A stretch of DNA of 64,000 nucleotides from Malacoraja senta (lineage: Eukaryota). Below, in pieces: positions 1 through 13,204 of this stretch. The stretch's first letter is position 1, and every line of letters begins with the position of its first letter. Under the pieces are notes generated by a model. The model was not told the origin of the DNA and made no database searches. It saw nothing but the letters and a program-made list of their open reading frames with translations. The translations under genes and the position numbers were made by a program. The stretch lies in the NCBI GenBank assembly GCA_038087875.1, contig JAXLNO010002870.1, positions 1 through 64,000 of the forward strand. Direction: 5' to 3'.

Positions 1-790
1 TTTCCCCCTTCTCTCTCTCTCTCCTCTCTCCCCCCTCTCTCTCTCCTTCTCTTTCTCTCTCTCTCTCCACACTTTCTCCCCTTCTCTTCTCTCACCCCCC
101 CTCTCTCTCTCTCTCCTCCCCCTTTCTCTCTCTCTCTATCTCTCTCTCCCCCCTCTCTCTCTCTCCCTCTCTCCTCTCTCTCTCTCCCCCTCTCCCCCAC
201 TCTCTCTCCCCTCTCCTACCACTATCTCACTCTTTCTTTCTTCTCTCTCTCTCTCTCTCACACCCCCTCCCTCTCCCCCTCTCTCTCTCACACTATCTCT
301 CTTTCTCTTGTGTCTCTCTCCCCCCCTGTCTCTATCCCTCTTCTATCTCTCTCTCTCCTCCTCTCTATCCCCTTCTCTCCCTCCCCTCCCCCCTCTCTGT
401 CTCCGCCCTTCTCTCTCTCTCTATCTCCCCCCTCTCTCTCCTTCGCTCTATCTCTCTCCCCCCCTTGTCCCTCTCCCTCTCTCGCTCTCTATCTCTCTCT
501 CTCTCCCTCCCCTTCTCTCTCTCTCCCCCTCCCTCTCTCTATATATATCCTCTTTCTCTCTCCCCTTCTCTTTCTCCCCCCTCTCTCTCTCTCTTCTCTC
601 TCTCCCTCTCTCTCCCCCACTTCTCTCTCTCTCGCCACCATTCCTCCTCCCCTTCTCCCTCTCTCTCTCTCTCTCTCTCTATCCCCTTCTCCCTCTCCCG
701 CCCCCTCTCTCTCTCTCCCTCTCCCCCCTTTCTCTTTCTCTCTCTCTCTCTCCCCCCTTCGCTCCCCGTCCCCTTCTCTCTCTATCTATT
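1..790. repeat. Polypyrimidine (CT/CCT)n low-complexity tract
   Basis: Almost exclusively C/T, with degenerate (CT)n. The S/L/P-rich ORFs over it are compositional artefacts. Confidence 0.95.
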
Positions 791-1385
791 CCCTGTACAA
801 ATAGGTCATTCTGCAGTTGTACAGGGCCCTAGTGAGACCACACCTGGAGTATTGTGTACAGTTTTGGTCTCCAAATTTGAGGAAGGACATTCTTGCGATT
901 GAGGGAGTGCAGCGTAGGTTTACAAGGTTAATTCCCGGGATGACAGGACTGTCATATGCTGAGAGAATGGAGCGGCTGGACTTGTATACTCTGGAGTTTA
1001 GAAGGATGAGAGGTGATCTTCTTGAAACATATAAGATTATTAAGGGTTTGGACACGCTAGATGCAGGAAACACATTCGAGATGTTGGGTGAGTCCAGAAC
1101 CAGGGGCCACAGTTTAAGAACAAGGGGTAAGCCATTTAGAACGGAGACTAGGAAACACTTTTTATCAAAGAGAGTGGTGAGTCTGTGGAATTCTCTGCCT
1201 CAGAGGGCGGTCGAGGCTGGTTCTCTGGATACTTTCAAGAGAGCTCTTAAAGATAGCGGAGTCAGGGGATATGGGGTGAAGGCAGGAACGGGGTACTGAT
1301 TGGGGAAGATCAGCCATGATCAAATTGAATGGCGGTGCTGGATCGAAGGGCCGTATGGCCTACTCCTGGACCTATTGTCTATTGT
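791..1385 (+). mobile_element. CR1-type LINE 3' fragment
   Basis: ORF 817-1299 encodes the CR1 ORF2 C-terminus (RPHLEYCVQFWSP...SRTRGHSL...WNSLP), followed by the 3' UTR and a ctattgt tail. Confidence 0.9.
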
Positions 1386-2138
1386 GTATTTGAGTGTGGT
1401 CCACACACATTTAAAGAGCTGGTTCTTGCCACAGATTTGCCCATTCACTTCATGTATCCTTATCTCAGCAAGGATACCATCCAGATGCTCTGTTCACACT
1501 TCTGCTTGCCTTGTGTGAGCGGCAAACTTGGTCGTGTGGCTTTCTATCCGACATCTCAACTATCAATAAATATAGTGAATAGCTTCAGCCCTGAACATGT
1601 TGCCACAGGCAAAGCTCATCACTGGCCCTTCCTTCTGTAACTTTCCACTTTCTGAATGAGTTTATCAAATGCATTCACAAAGATGATCAAAACTCCTTTC
1701 CCTGTTCATTAGCTTTGAATATTTTAAAGACCAGAAAGGTTCATCACGAATGTGTGGGAAGGAACTGCAGATGCTGGTTTACACCAAAGATAGACACACA
1801 ACTCTGTAGGACATGCAGCATCTCTGGATAGAAGGAATGGGTGACGTTTCGGGTCGAGACCCTCCTTCAGAATGTTCTATTCTTTGGACGGAGGAGACTA
1901 ATACATGCATATTTACATAATCTGTAGAAAGACAATGTGCAATCTTAGATCCAGGTCACGTGTTCCCCACCAACTTGGCAACACCTCCCAAAACACACCA
2001 ACAGGGAACACCAACACCAACACTACATGTATATTCTTTATTGAACATTGATAGGTTACATTGACACAAACACACATGTAGCCTCTTGTGGGGTCTCTGC
2101 AGGTTTCATGGAGGATCAGACCTGACACAAAGATGTTA

Positions 2139-2660
2139 TCATAGTAACTGCAAGTTCTCTGAAACTTTGGTAATTGATATTTCAAGAGTCAAGAGAGTTT
2201 TATTGTCATGTGTCCCAGATAGGACAATGAAATTCTTGCTTGCTGCAGCACAACAGAATATGTAAACATAATACAGAACAGGAGATAAAAGTTCAGTGTG
2301 TCTATAGACCATATATATATATACATACACAATAAATAAACAGATAAAGTGCAATAGGCTGTTATTGTTCAGAGTTTGTTTGATGGCTGTGGGGAAGTAG
2401 CTGTTCCTGAACCTCGATGTTCCAGATTTCAAGCTCCTGTATCTTCTTCCTGATGGCAATGGAGAGATGAGTGAGTGGCCAGGATGGTGTGGATCTTTGA
2501 TGATGTTGGCAGCCTTTTTGAGGCAGCGACTGCGATAGATCCCTTCGATGGTAGGGAGGTCAGAGTCGATGATGGACTGGGCAGTGGTCACAACTTTCTG
2601 CATTCTTTTCCGCTCCTGGACGTTCAAGTTGCCGAACCAAGCCATGATGCAACCAGTTAT
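2139..2660 (-). mobile_element. Rex1/Babar-type LINE 3' fragment
   Basis: ITGCIMAWFGN...MQKVVTTAQSII...GRRYRSLK...FRNSYFP motif with a (tcttga)n tail. Related fragments lie at ~3900-4390 (+) and in arm 2. Confidence 0.75.
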
Positions 2661-4523
2661 GTTTAACCAAAAAATGATGTTTGATATGGATTTGATCTGG
2701 AATCCATTTTCATTCTCAGTTGACGTTCTCTCCCTAGCTGAGTAATGTGAACTCTGGAACACCAGTCTGCACAAGACACTGCATAGCAGTGACTTTCTGG
2801 AGAGACATTCCCTTTCCTCAAGAGTAGCAACTGCTCAACTAACCACAGCCTGGTCTTGTTACTATCGGCACAATATCACAAGAGGAGATAACCACATTTG
2901 ACAGAGTGCAGGAGATGGTTAGACACACATATGTACAACCAGGCTCCTTCACCCAGAGTAGTGCAATCAAGAACCAGGACATGGGTTTAAAGTGAGGGGG
3001 GACAGATTTAATGGGAATCTGAGGGGCAACTTTTTCACACAGAGGGCACTGGGTACATGGAATGTGCTGTGGGAGGAGGTAGTTGACGCAGAAACTATGA
3101 CAATGTTTTAAAGTTATTTGGACAGGTACATGGATAGGACGAATAGTGAAAGGCCTGGACAGAGCGGATGAAAAGAGGATGATTCCACTGGTGGGAGAGT
3201 CGAGGACCATAGCCTCAGAATTAAAGGAGGTTCCTCAGGAAGATGAGGAATTTGTTTTGTCACAGGGTAGTGAATCTGAGGAAGTCATTGCCACAGAAGG
3301 CTGTGGAGGCCCACTCAATGGGTATTTTTAAAGCAGAGATAGATTGATTCTTGATTAGTATTGGTGTCAAGGGGAGAAGGCAGGAGAATGGGGTTAGGAA
3401 GGCGAGATAGATCAGCCATGATTGAATGGCAGAAGACTTGATGGGCTGAATGGCCTAATTCTGCTCTTATCACATGAACATGAGATGATCAGTGATTTAG
3501 GCCAAACACGGGGAGACGGGACTAGTGTAGATCGGGCAGCTTGGTTGGCAAAGGCAAGCTGAGCCGAAGAGCCTGTTACCGTCCTGTATAAATCTATGAC
3601 TCCATGATCACTCCCATGCCAACACCCAGCTCCATCCACTCAATGGACTTTCTGATGGACCTCTTTTCCAGTGTCGACAAACAATTGTACAAGTACAAAT
3701 ACTCAACTCCACTCTTCAAATTAGCAGCAAGCCAACTAGACTGAGATGCCACACACAGAGGGCCGACAACAATGAGTGGACTGACCCTGTGACACTAATT
3801 TTGAAGAACAGCAGGCTTCGTCTACTCAGTGTCCTGGCTACTGAGCAGTTTTGGAATAAACTGAAGATGTAAAAGTACAGAAATATTTAGCATTGTGCCC
3901 TAGTTCTGGTTGCATCGTGGCCTGGTTCGGCAACGAACGTCCAGGAGCGAAAAAGACTACAAAAAGTTGTGACTACTGCCCAGTTCATCGTCGGCTTTGA
4001 CCGTCGAAGGGATCTATCATAGTCGCTGCCTCAAAAAGGCAGCCAAATTCATCAAAGACCATCCTGGCCACACACTCATCTCACCATTGCCATCAGGAAG
4101 CAGTTACAGGAGCCTGAAAACTGTAACGTCCAAGTACAGGAACAGCTTCTTCCCTGCAGCCATCAGGCTATTAAACACAATGAATAAGCTCTGAGCTATG
4201 AACTGCAAAAGATTACATTATTATTTGTTATTTGCACTATTTGTTATTTATTGAACTTTTTCTATTTTTCTCTTCCCCCGTTATGTACTATGTTTACATA
4301 TTCACATATTCTGTTGTGCTGCAGCAAGGAAGAAATGCATTGTCCTGTCCGGGACATATGACAATAAAACACTCTTGACTCTTCTTGACCCTAGTCTAGG
4401 CCTCTTGGTTATCACTCACTCACTCACACACTGCAACACCTGTCCTTCAGTGCTAAACTTGCCTGGCCCTATTTTGTGACGGGGTAAAAGATGTGATCAT
4501 TAGAGTGAATCCCAGCACCGTAC

Positions 4524-4841
4524 CTTGAAAGCTTTTCACTTCCCGACTGATACTGGTGTTCGAGGGGGGATGAGACACTGTACAGCCGAAGACTGAGCCT
4601 TTCTTCCAATCCTCTGAACTCACAGTCAGGAAGTGGCTGGCACTGAAAGTCCCCCCCTGCTCCAGAGCAGTCGGTGTAGCGTTGGTGGTGGAGGAGATCG
4701 GGGCTCCGTCTTTCTCCCAAGTGACGTTTATGAGGTCCGGGTAGAAACCAGAGAGCACACATTCGAGGGTGGCTGTGTGGCTACGCGTGGTCTCTTGATG
4801 AGCTGGAGGCAGCAGGCTGACCTTGAGTCTTTTTGTTTCAA
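4524..4841 (-). CDS. Immunoglobulin heavy-chain constant (C1-set) exon, IgW/IgX long-form type, open and intact
   Basis: The 318 bp phase-1/phase-1 exon is bounded by cttttccag and Ggtacgg. It encodes ETKRLKVSLLPP...TATLECVLSGFYPDLINVTWEKDG...SHFLTVSSEDWKKGSVFGCTVSHPP...VKSFQ, with both core Cys and the Trp present. The IgW assignment rests on linkage to the IgX-like V and CH1; the domain number is not determined. Confidence 0.9.
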
Positions 4842-4882
4842 CTGGAAAAGAGGTGCAAAGTAGATGTGAGACCCTCTTCCTC

Positions 4883-5630
4883 AAGGGCCTGTCCCACTTA
4901 CGCGACTTTTTCAGCGACTGCCAGCACCCGTTATTGGTCGTTACAGGTGGCCGAAAATGTTCAACATGTTGAAAATCCAGAACAAGGTACGACTCTTTTG
5001 GCAACTACTCACGACCATACAGGCTTCACCCCGCGACATGTCGCCAGTATGGTCATGAGTAGTCTCCTCAGTCTCCCAAAGAGTCGTAGAGTCTTCTGGT
5101 CACCGTTGGATTTTCAACATGTTGAACATTTTCGGTTACCTGCTGCGACTATGACGGGTGCCGGTAGTCGCAGAAATTTTTTTCGGAGCTCCCGCAACGG
5201 CAACTTCTCCCGCCTGAGTTGCGGGGTTGAAAATGACCTGGAGCGGGGCCTTACATCGCACAGCGCGGCTTTAAATGGCCGCGGAACTTGCTAGCGCCCG
5301 CCAAGGGCTCCAACATCAAGACCCGGAGCGCGGCCTTGCATCGCCCGGCGCGGCTTTAATGGCTGTGGGACTTACTTACCATCGCCCGCTGGGGGCTTTC
5401 ACTTTGACATCGGGAGGAGAATGAGGAGAGCAGGGGAGAGACAAGACTTTGCCTTCCATCACAGTGAGGAGGAGATTCACTGTGATGAATGTTTGTGTGT
5501 AAATTGTGTTGTGTCTTGGTTCTTTGTACTTGTTTGACTGCAGAAACCAAATTTCGTTTGAACTTAGGTTCAAATGACAACAAATAAATTGTATCATTGT
5601 ATCAAAATTGCGGAATTGGGACAGGCTCTT
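4883..5630. mobile_element. MITE-like non-autonomous DNA element with internal palindromes, interrupted by a short repeat
   Basis: Imperfect terminal inverted repeats AAGGGCCTGTCCCA (4883) and TGGGACAGGCTCTT (5617-5630); internal palindrome ttttcaacatgttgaaaa. Confidence 0.45.
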
Positions 5631-5700
5631 TATGGAAAGCCAGGGCAGGTCCAAACAGGTGTCTTATAAAAGAACTTTAAGATGTTTATGTCATCACATA

Positions 5701-5800
5701 AAAGACTGATCAATGGCAGATCAAATTATACACTGGCTAGATTTATTGCAAAAGACTGACCAATGGCAGATCAAACTATACACTGGCTAGATTATTGAAA
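5701..5800. repeat. Tandem duplication, two units of ~49 bp
   Basis: aaagactga(t/c)caatggcagatcaaa(t/c)tatacactggctagatt occurs twice and is mirrored in arm 2 at ~54850-54950. Confidence 0.85.
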
Positions 5801-7449
5801 ACAGAATAGCAGAAAAACTCGTGTTAAATAGCAGGTTGGGTGTTTTGACTGAAGAAAACCCAGAACAAAGGAGCCGTCAACTGGGATTTGACTCTCTTTC
5901 CCATCACCATGATCAGCTGGTACATTACAGGGGCACAATTTGATATGTGCTTTGCTTGGAACCCCTGCAGCATCGATTAGTAATACTGAGCAACATGAAT
6001 GAGAAAATCAATTTTTCTCCTTGTAGGCCAAGCCTGGGATTCCCTCGGTTTAAGAATGTCACATGCTGATATCGCAGTCTTACTCGGACCATGTGTCTCA
6101 CCATCTCTGAAACCTTCACCACAAACACAACCTTCTGTAAAGGTGTCATTCTTCCAACTCTGGGCACTCATAAGCCTGCACTCCTTTCACCTTTGTACCA
6201 CTTGCTGTGTCACGTTGCAGTGTTGCTCACAAGCACCAAAGCAGACTCAGCAGATTCATCCCCCGCATCTCTCCTCCTTGAAATGAAGACTGACAGTAAA
6301 TGTCAATCCAGAAGTTGTCGATCTGGTGACATGAGCTCAAAATTCCAACCCATGATCTGGGAATTTCAATTTTATTAATAAATGCATTCTGACGTAAAAT
6401 GCTTCCGTTGGTGGTGACGCATGTCGATAGTTCACTGCTGCACTTCACGGAAGGGAATGTGTCAGCATATCTGTTCTGGCCAGTACGCAACTACATACCT
6501 GTAGCAAAATGGCTACAGACTAGTGTCAGTTTAGTGTGACTGTGCTCCAGTGAAGACTTTGAGGCGTTTCAGTAATTGATAGAAACTATCTGAAATAAAT
6601 TAGTGGCTGACTCTCCAGCGACAGCAGAGCAAATCATAAATGGTTAGAAGTATCAAGGTCCCCCTCTGCTGCAGATTGGGATGAAATTCTGCATTAGATG
6701 TATTTTCCCATTTCACTTCAGAATCATTGGGGGAGGAAGAGATTGATTCATTCATTCATTGCCGCTGACTGACCTGCACTGCCACTTGTCCTCTGAAGCA
6801 GTATCATGAGTCTAGTTCCACTCAGCTCACTCTCGTGTGTGCACTGTTTACACACTTAGTCACTTGAGCCACATGAGCTGATTTTGCTTTCAAACACTTA
6901 TTGTGGAGGGTGATAACGTTTGTGTCAGAATTGAAACTATCAGAGCCCGGAGATCAAAGTCTTCAACTGCATAGAAAGCAGAGTCATAAGAAGGGTCTCG
7001 ACCCTAAACGTCGCCTATTCCTTCGCTCCATAGATGCTGCCTCACCTGCTGAGTTTCTCCAGCATTTTTGTCTACCTTCGATTTTGCAGCATCTGCAGTT
7101 CCTTCTTAAACACGTAATACACACTGTGTATGTCTGACAGGAGACATCACATTTGTCAATGTAAGATGTTGTCTATTTCACAACCCCTCCTTCTTTAAGC
7201 AAAATGGCGAGCAAATTCCTTTAAACAATAGTTATGTGCGTGGTATTAGTGTGGATCACAGTTGCTGCAGTGTCATCAGAAATTTGTAAGCCTAGTTTAA
7301 CAGTGTACATTGTTCTTGCTTTGTGAATCTTGTTTTAATCAGCAATGTGATATTGTTAAACATGTGTGTTTGCAAGGTGCTCAATCCCATCCCATATCAG
7401 TGACAGTCATGGAGTTCCACCATCGCGGTGTTGGGGGGAAATCACCTCA

Positions 7450-10232
7450 TATAACCATATAACCATATAACAATTACAGCACGGAAACAGGCCATCTCGA
7501 CCCTTCTAGTCCGTGCCGAACACGTATTCTCCCCTAGTCCCATATACCTGTGCTCAGACCATAACCCTCCATTCCTTTCCCGTCCATATAACTATCCAAT
7601 TTATTTTTAAATGATAAAAACGAACCTGCCTCCACCACCTTCACTGGAAGCTCATTCCACACAGCCACCACTCTCTGAGTAAAGAAGTTCCCCCTCATGT
7701 TACCCCTAAACTTCTGTCCCTTAATTCTCAAGTCATGTCCCCTTGTTTGAATCTTCCCTACTCTCAATGGGAAAAGCTTATCCACGTCAACTCTGTCTAT
7801 CCCTCTCATCATTTTAAAGACCTCTATCAAGTTCCCCCTTAACCTTCTGCGCTCCAAAGAATAAAGCCCTAACTTGTTCAACCTTTCTCTGTAACTTAGT
7901 TGTTGAAACCCAGGCAACATTCTAATAAATCTCCTCTGTACTCTCTCTATTTTGTTGACATCCTTCCTATAATTAGGCGACCAAAATTGTACACCATACT
8001 CCAGAATTGGCCTCACCAATGCCTTGTACAATTTTAACATTACATCCCAACTTCTATACTCAATGCTCTGATTTATAAAAGCCAGCACACCAAAAGCTTT
8101 CTTTACCACCCTATCTACATGAGATTCCACTTTCAGGGAACTGTGCACAGTTATTCCAAGATCCCTCTGTTCACCTGCATTCTTCAATTCCCTACCATTT
8201 ACCATGTACGTCCTATTTTGATTTGTCCTGCCAAGATGTAGCACCTCACACTTATCAGCATTAAACTCCATCTGCCATCTTTCAGCCCACTCTTCCAACC
8301 GGCATAAATCTCTCTGTAGACTTTGAAAATCGACTTCATTATCCACAGCCCCACCTATCTTAGTATCATCTGCATACTTACTAATCCAATTTACCACACC
8401 ATCATCCAGATCATTGATGTACATGACAAACAACAGTGGACCCAACACAGATCCCTGTGGCACCCCACTAGTCACTGGCCTCCAACCTGACAAACAACCA
8501 TCCACCATTACTCGCTGGCATCTCCCATTCAGCCACTGTTGAATCCATCTTGCTACTCCACCATTAATACCCAACCATTGAACCTTCTTAACCAACCTTC
8601 CGTGAGGAACCTTGTCAAAGGCCTTACTGAAGTCCATATATACAACATCCATGGCTTTACCCTCATCAATTTCCCGAGTAACCTCTTCAAAAAATTCAAG
8701 AAGATTAGTCAAACATGACCTTCCAGGCACAAATCCATGTTGACTGCTCCTAATCAGCCCCTGTTTATCCAGATGCTTATATATATTATCTCTAAGTATC
8801 CTTTCCATTAATTTGCCCACCACTGATGTCAAACTAACAGCTCTATAATTGCTAGGTTTACTCTTAGACCCCTTTTTAAACAATGGAACAACATGCGCAG
8901 TACGCCAATCCTCCGGCACTATTGCCGTTTCCAATGACATTTGAAATATTTCTGTCATAGCCCCTGCTATTTCTACACTAACTTCCCTCAATGTCCTGAA
9001 TATCCTGTCCGGACCTGGAGACTTATCCACTTTTATATTTCTCAAAAGTGTCAGTACTTCCTCTTCTTTGAATCTCATAGTTTCCATAGCTACTCTACTT
9101 GTTTCCCTTACCTCACATAATTCAATATCCTTCTCCTTGGTGAATACCGAAGAAAAGAAATTGTTCAATATCTCCCCCATCTCTTTTGGCTCTGCAGATA
9201 CCTGTCCACTCTGACTCTCTAATGGACCAATTTTATCCCTCGTTATCCTTTTGCTATTAATATAGCTGTAGAAACCCTTTGGATTTACTTTCACCTTATT
9301 TGCCAAAGCAACCTCATATCTTCTTTTAGCTTTTCTAATTTCTTTCGTAAGACTCTTTTTACATTTTTTATACTCCTCAAGCACCTCATTTACTCCATGC
9401 TGCCTATAATTATTGTAGATCTCTCTCTTTTTCCGAACTGTGTCCAATTTCCCTTGAAAACCATGGCTCTTTCCAATTTTTACTATTTACTTTCAACCGA
9501 ACAGGGACATAAAGATTCTGTACTCTTAAAATTTCACCTTTAAATGTCCTCCATTTCTCTTCCACATCTCTCCCATAAAACAAACTGTCCCAATTTACTC
9601 CTTTTAAATGCTATCGCATCTCCTCAAAGTTAGCCTTTCTCCAATCAAAAATCTCAACCCTAGGTCCAGTTCTGACCCTCTCCATAATTATATTGAAACT
9701 AATGGTATTGTGATCACTGGTCCAGAACTGTTCCCCAATGCATACCTCTGCCACCTGACCCGTCTCATTTCCTAACAGGAGGTCCAGCACCGCCCTTTCT
9801 CTAGTAGGTACGTCTATGTATTGCTTCAAAAAACTATCCTGCACACATTTTACAAACTCCAACCCATCCAGCCCATTTACAGAATGTGTTTCCCAGTCTA
9901 TGTGTGGAAAATTGAAATCTCCCACAATCACTACCTTGTGCTTACTACTAATATCTGCAATCTCCTTACATATTTGCTGTTCCAATTCTCGCTCCCCATT
10001 TGGCGGTCTATAATACACCCCTATGAGTGTTGCTACCCCTTTCCCATTTCTCAGTTCCACCCAAATAGCCTCCCTAGAAGAGCCCTCTAATCTGTCCTGC
10101 CAAAGCACTGCTGCAATATCTTCCCTGATAAGCAATGCAACACCTCCACCTCTTGCCCCTCCAATTCTATCACACCTGAAGCAACGAAATCCTGGAATAT
10201 TTAGTTTCCAATCACAGCCCTCCTGCAACCAT
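7450..10232 (-). mobile_element. CR1 LINE, 5'-truncated in the endonuclease domain, ORF2 broken
   Basis: RT ORF 7534-9447 (SKYADDTK; RSCLTNLLEFFEEVT); APE endonuclease motifs (GVYYRPP, GDFNFP, SDHN) in 9611-10232; (ataaccat)n tail at 7450-7470. Confidence 0.95.
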
Positions 10233-10554
10233 ATGAAACCTGGCAGAGTATAGATACTCTCCATGCTGTAAAATATTGGTATCTTCCACGAGAGACATTT
10301 TGTATTGCTCATCCTTGGATGATTATAACCAAACACGTCCATTCCTTGCAACATTCCTTGCAATCCCTGAATTTTTCCTTTGGACTGAGGTCTGTATCTG
10401 GGAGGTGGGTTAATAAATATGTGGCAATTTGTGCTAACCACGGTTTTCACCCAAAGTCAGTATAGGACTGGACACCGGTTATAGCCCTGGATCTTGCCTC
10501 GCCAGTTTGCCTTTATTAAAGGGTCACCCAATTTTTTACTGAGCCACTTTGACA

Positions 10555-12450
10555 TAGGGGCAATACGGGCTGAAAAGATTAAGTACGGGGGGAAGCTGGC
10601 CAGGAATATAAAGAAGGACAGTAAAAGCTTCTTCAGATATGTTAAGGGAAAAAGAGTAGCAAAGTCAAATGTGGGTCCCTTGAAGGCGGACACGGGTGAA
10701 ATTATTAAGGGCAACAAGGAAATGGCAGAAGAGTTGAATAGGTACTTCGGATCTGTGTTCACTAAGGAAGACACAAACAATCTCCCAGATGTACTGGAGG
10801 ACAGAGGATCTAAGGGGGTAGAGGAATTGTAAGAAATGTTCATTAGGCGAGAAATAGTATTGGGTAGGCTAATGGGACTGAAGGATGATAAATCCCCTGG
10901 GCCTGATGGTCTGCATACCAGGGTCCTCAGGGAGGTGGCTCTAGAAATAGTGGACGCATTGGTGATCATTTTCCAATGTTCAATAGATTCAGGATCAGTT
11001 CCTGTGGTTTGGAGACTAGCTAATGTTATCCCACTTTTCAAGAAAGGAGCGAGAGAGAAAACGGGGAATTACAGACCAGTTAGCCTGACTTCGGTGGTGG
11101 AAAAGATGCTGGAGTCAATTATTAAAGCGGTAATAATGGGGCATTTGGATAGCAGTAAAAGGATTAGTCCAAGTCAACATGGATTTATGAAAGGGAAATC
11201 ATGCTTGACTAATCTTCTGGAATATTTTGAGGATGTGACAAGTAAAATGGATGAAGGGGTGCCAGTGGATGTAGTGTATCTAGACTTTCAGAAAGCCTTT
11301 GATAAGGTCCCGCACGGGAGACTGGTGACTAAAATTAGAGCACATGGTATTGGTGGTAGGGTGTTGACATGGATAGAAAATTGGCTGGCAGACCGGAAGC
11401 AAAGAGTAGGAGTGAACGGGTCCTTTTCATAATGGCAGGCAGTGGCGAGTGGAGTGCCGCGAGGCTCTGTGTTGGGGCCACAACTGTTTACCATATATAT
11501 TAATGATTTGGAAGAGGGAATTAGGAGCAACACTAGAGAGTTTGCAGATGACACAAAACTGGGTGGCAGTGTGAACTGTGAAGAGGATGTTAGGAGGTTG
11601 CAGGGTGACCTGGACAGGTTGAGTTAGTGGGCAGATGCGTGGCAGATGCAGTATAAAATAGATAAATGTGAGGTTATCCACTTTGGCGGCAAAAATAAGG
11701 GGGCAGATTATTATCTCAATGGGGTTAGGTAAGGGGGAGGTGCAGCGAGACCTGGGCGTCCTTGTACACCAGTAACTGAAAGTTGGTGTGCAGGTACAGC
11801 AGGCAGTGAAGAAAGCTAATGGAATGTTGGCCTTCATAACAAGAGGATTTCAGTATAGTAGTAAAGAGGTTCTTCTGCAGTTGTATAGGGCTCTGGTGAG
11901 ACCACATCTGGAGTATTGTGTCCAGTTTTGGTCTCCTAATTTGAGGAAGGACATCCTTGTGATTGAGGCAGTGCAGCGTAGGTTCACGAGATTGATCCCT
12001 GGGATGGCGGGATTGTCATATGAGGAAAGATTGAAAAGACTAGGCTTGTATTCACTGGAGTTTAGAAGGATGAGGGGGCATCTTATAGAAAAATATAAAA
12101 TTATAAAAGGACTGGACAAGCTAGATGCAGGAATTTTTTTCCCCAATGTTGGGCGAGTCCAGAGCCAGGGGCCACAGTCTTAGAATAAAGGGGAGGTCAT
12201 TTAAGACTGAGGTGAGAAAAAACTTTTTCACCCAGAGAGTTGTGAATTTATGGAATTCCCTGCCACAGAGGGCAGTGGAGGCCAAGTCACTGGATGGATT
12301 TAAGAGAGAGTTAGATAGAGCTCTAGGGGGCTAGTGGAGTCAATGGATATGGGGAGAAGGCAGGCACGGGTTATTGATAGGGGACGATCAGCCATGATCA
12401 CAATGAATGGCGGTGCTTGCTCGAAGGGCCGAATGGCCTCCTCCTGCACC
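10555..12450 (+). mobile_element. CR1 LINE (second subfamily), truncated, with stops and frameshifts
   Basis: RT pieces [31 protein letters not shown] and RPHLEYCVQFWSP, followed by the 3' UTR. Confidence 0.9.
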
Positions 12451-13204
12451 TATTTTCTATGTTTCACACCATTCACCTTAAACATCTCCTGCCTTGCGAT
12501 CTCTGCGTGGTCCTTGCTGACTAGAGTCTGAGCATGAAGAAATCTGGCCAGTGGCAACTGGGATGTGAAGCAGCAATGTCTGCAAATGAATGAATATACA
12601 GGCAATTAGTGAAGGGGAGAGGGAGGCAGCTTGAATTGAGTATTTTCCCCCCTCTGGTACACTGAACCCAATGGATATCAGGGGTTGGATTTGAATCTTA
12701 TAAATGGGTTGCAATAATAGAATGGGAGTGCAGCGTAGGTTCATCAGGTTAATTCCCGGAATACTCCAGGTGTGGTCTCACTAGGGCCCTGTACAACTGC
12801 GGAAGGACCTCTTTGACAAAGTGCCCAAGCGGAAAATGAATGTATCACCGTCTATTTCTCTCTTTTCCCTTTCCCGACTCTCAGTCTGAAGAAGGGTCTC
12901 GACCCAAAACGTCACCAACTCCATTTCTCCAGAGATGCTGTCTGACCCGCTGAGTTACTCCAGCTGTCTATCTTCACTTTAAACCAACATCTGCAATTCC
13001 TTCTGACACAACTTTAAGTTTAATAGGAAAGGAGGTCAGATGGACGAGAAACATATTTTTTTATGGCAGCAATAATTTGATCAGAACTGGAAGGCAGTGG
13101 TTAAAAGTGAGAGTGGAAGCAGATTCATGTCATTTCCACAAGGAGACTGGATTTCACTTGGTGAGGGGTTGGCTGCAGGGTTGAAGGGAAACTGCAGGAA
13201 GAGT

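Larger units (their letters stand above)
1055..6989. repeat. Inverted segmental duplication, arm 1 (partner 53722-59615)
   Basis: The reverse complement of 53722-59615 is colinear with this interval, and the ORF track is mirrored (4453-5004 minus vs 55633-56184 plus; 1913-2185 vs 58475-58747). There are scattered substitutions and indels, e.g. 6270-6327 is absent from arm 2. Confidence 0.95.

Noticed and set aside
308-902. Long S/L/P-rich ORFs (also 51799-52933) as genes
   Set aside because: They are translations of CT-rich low-complexity sequence, which lacks stop codons by composition.
10233-10555. Unique segment between head-to-head CR1s with short open frames
   Set aside because: No recognisable motif or splice structure; probably residual intron or an unidentified repeat fragment.
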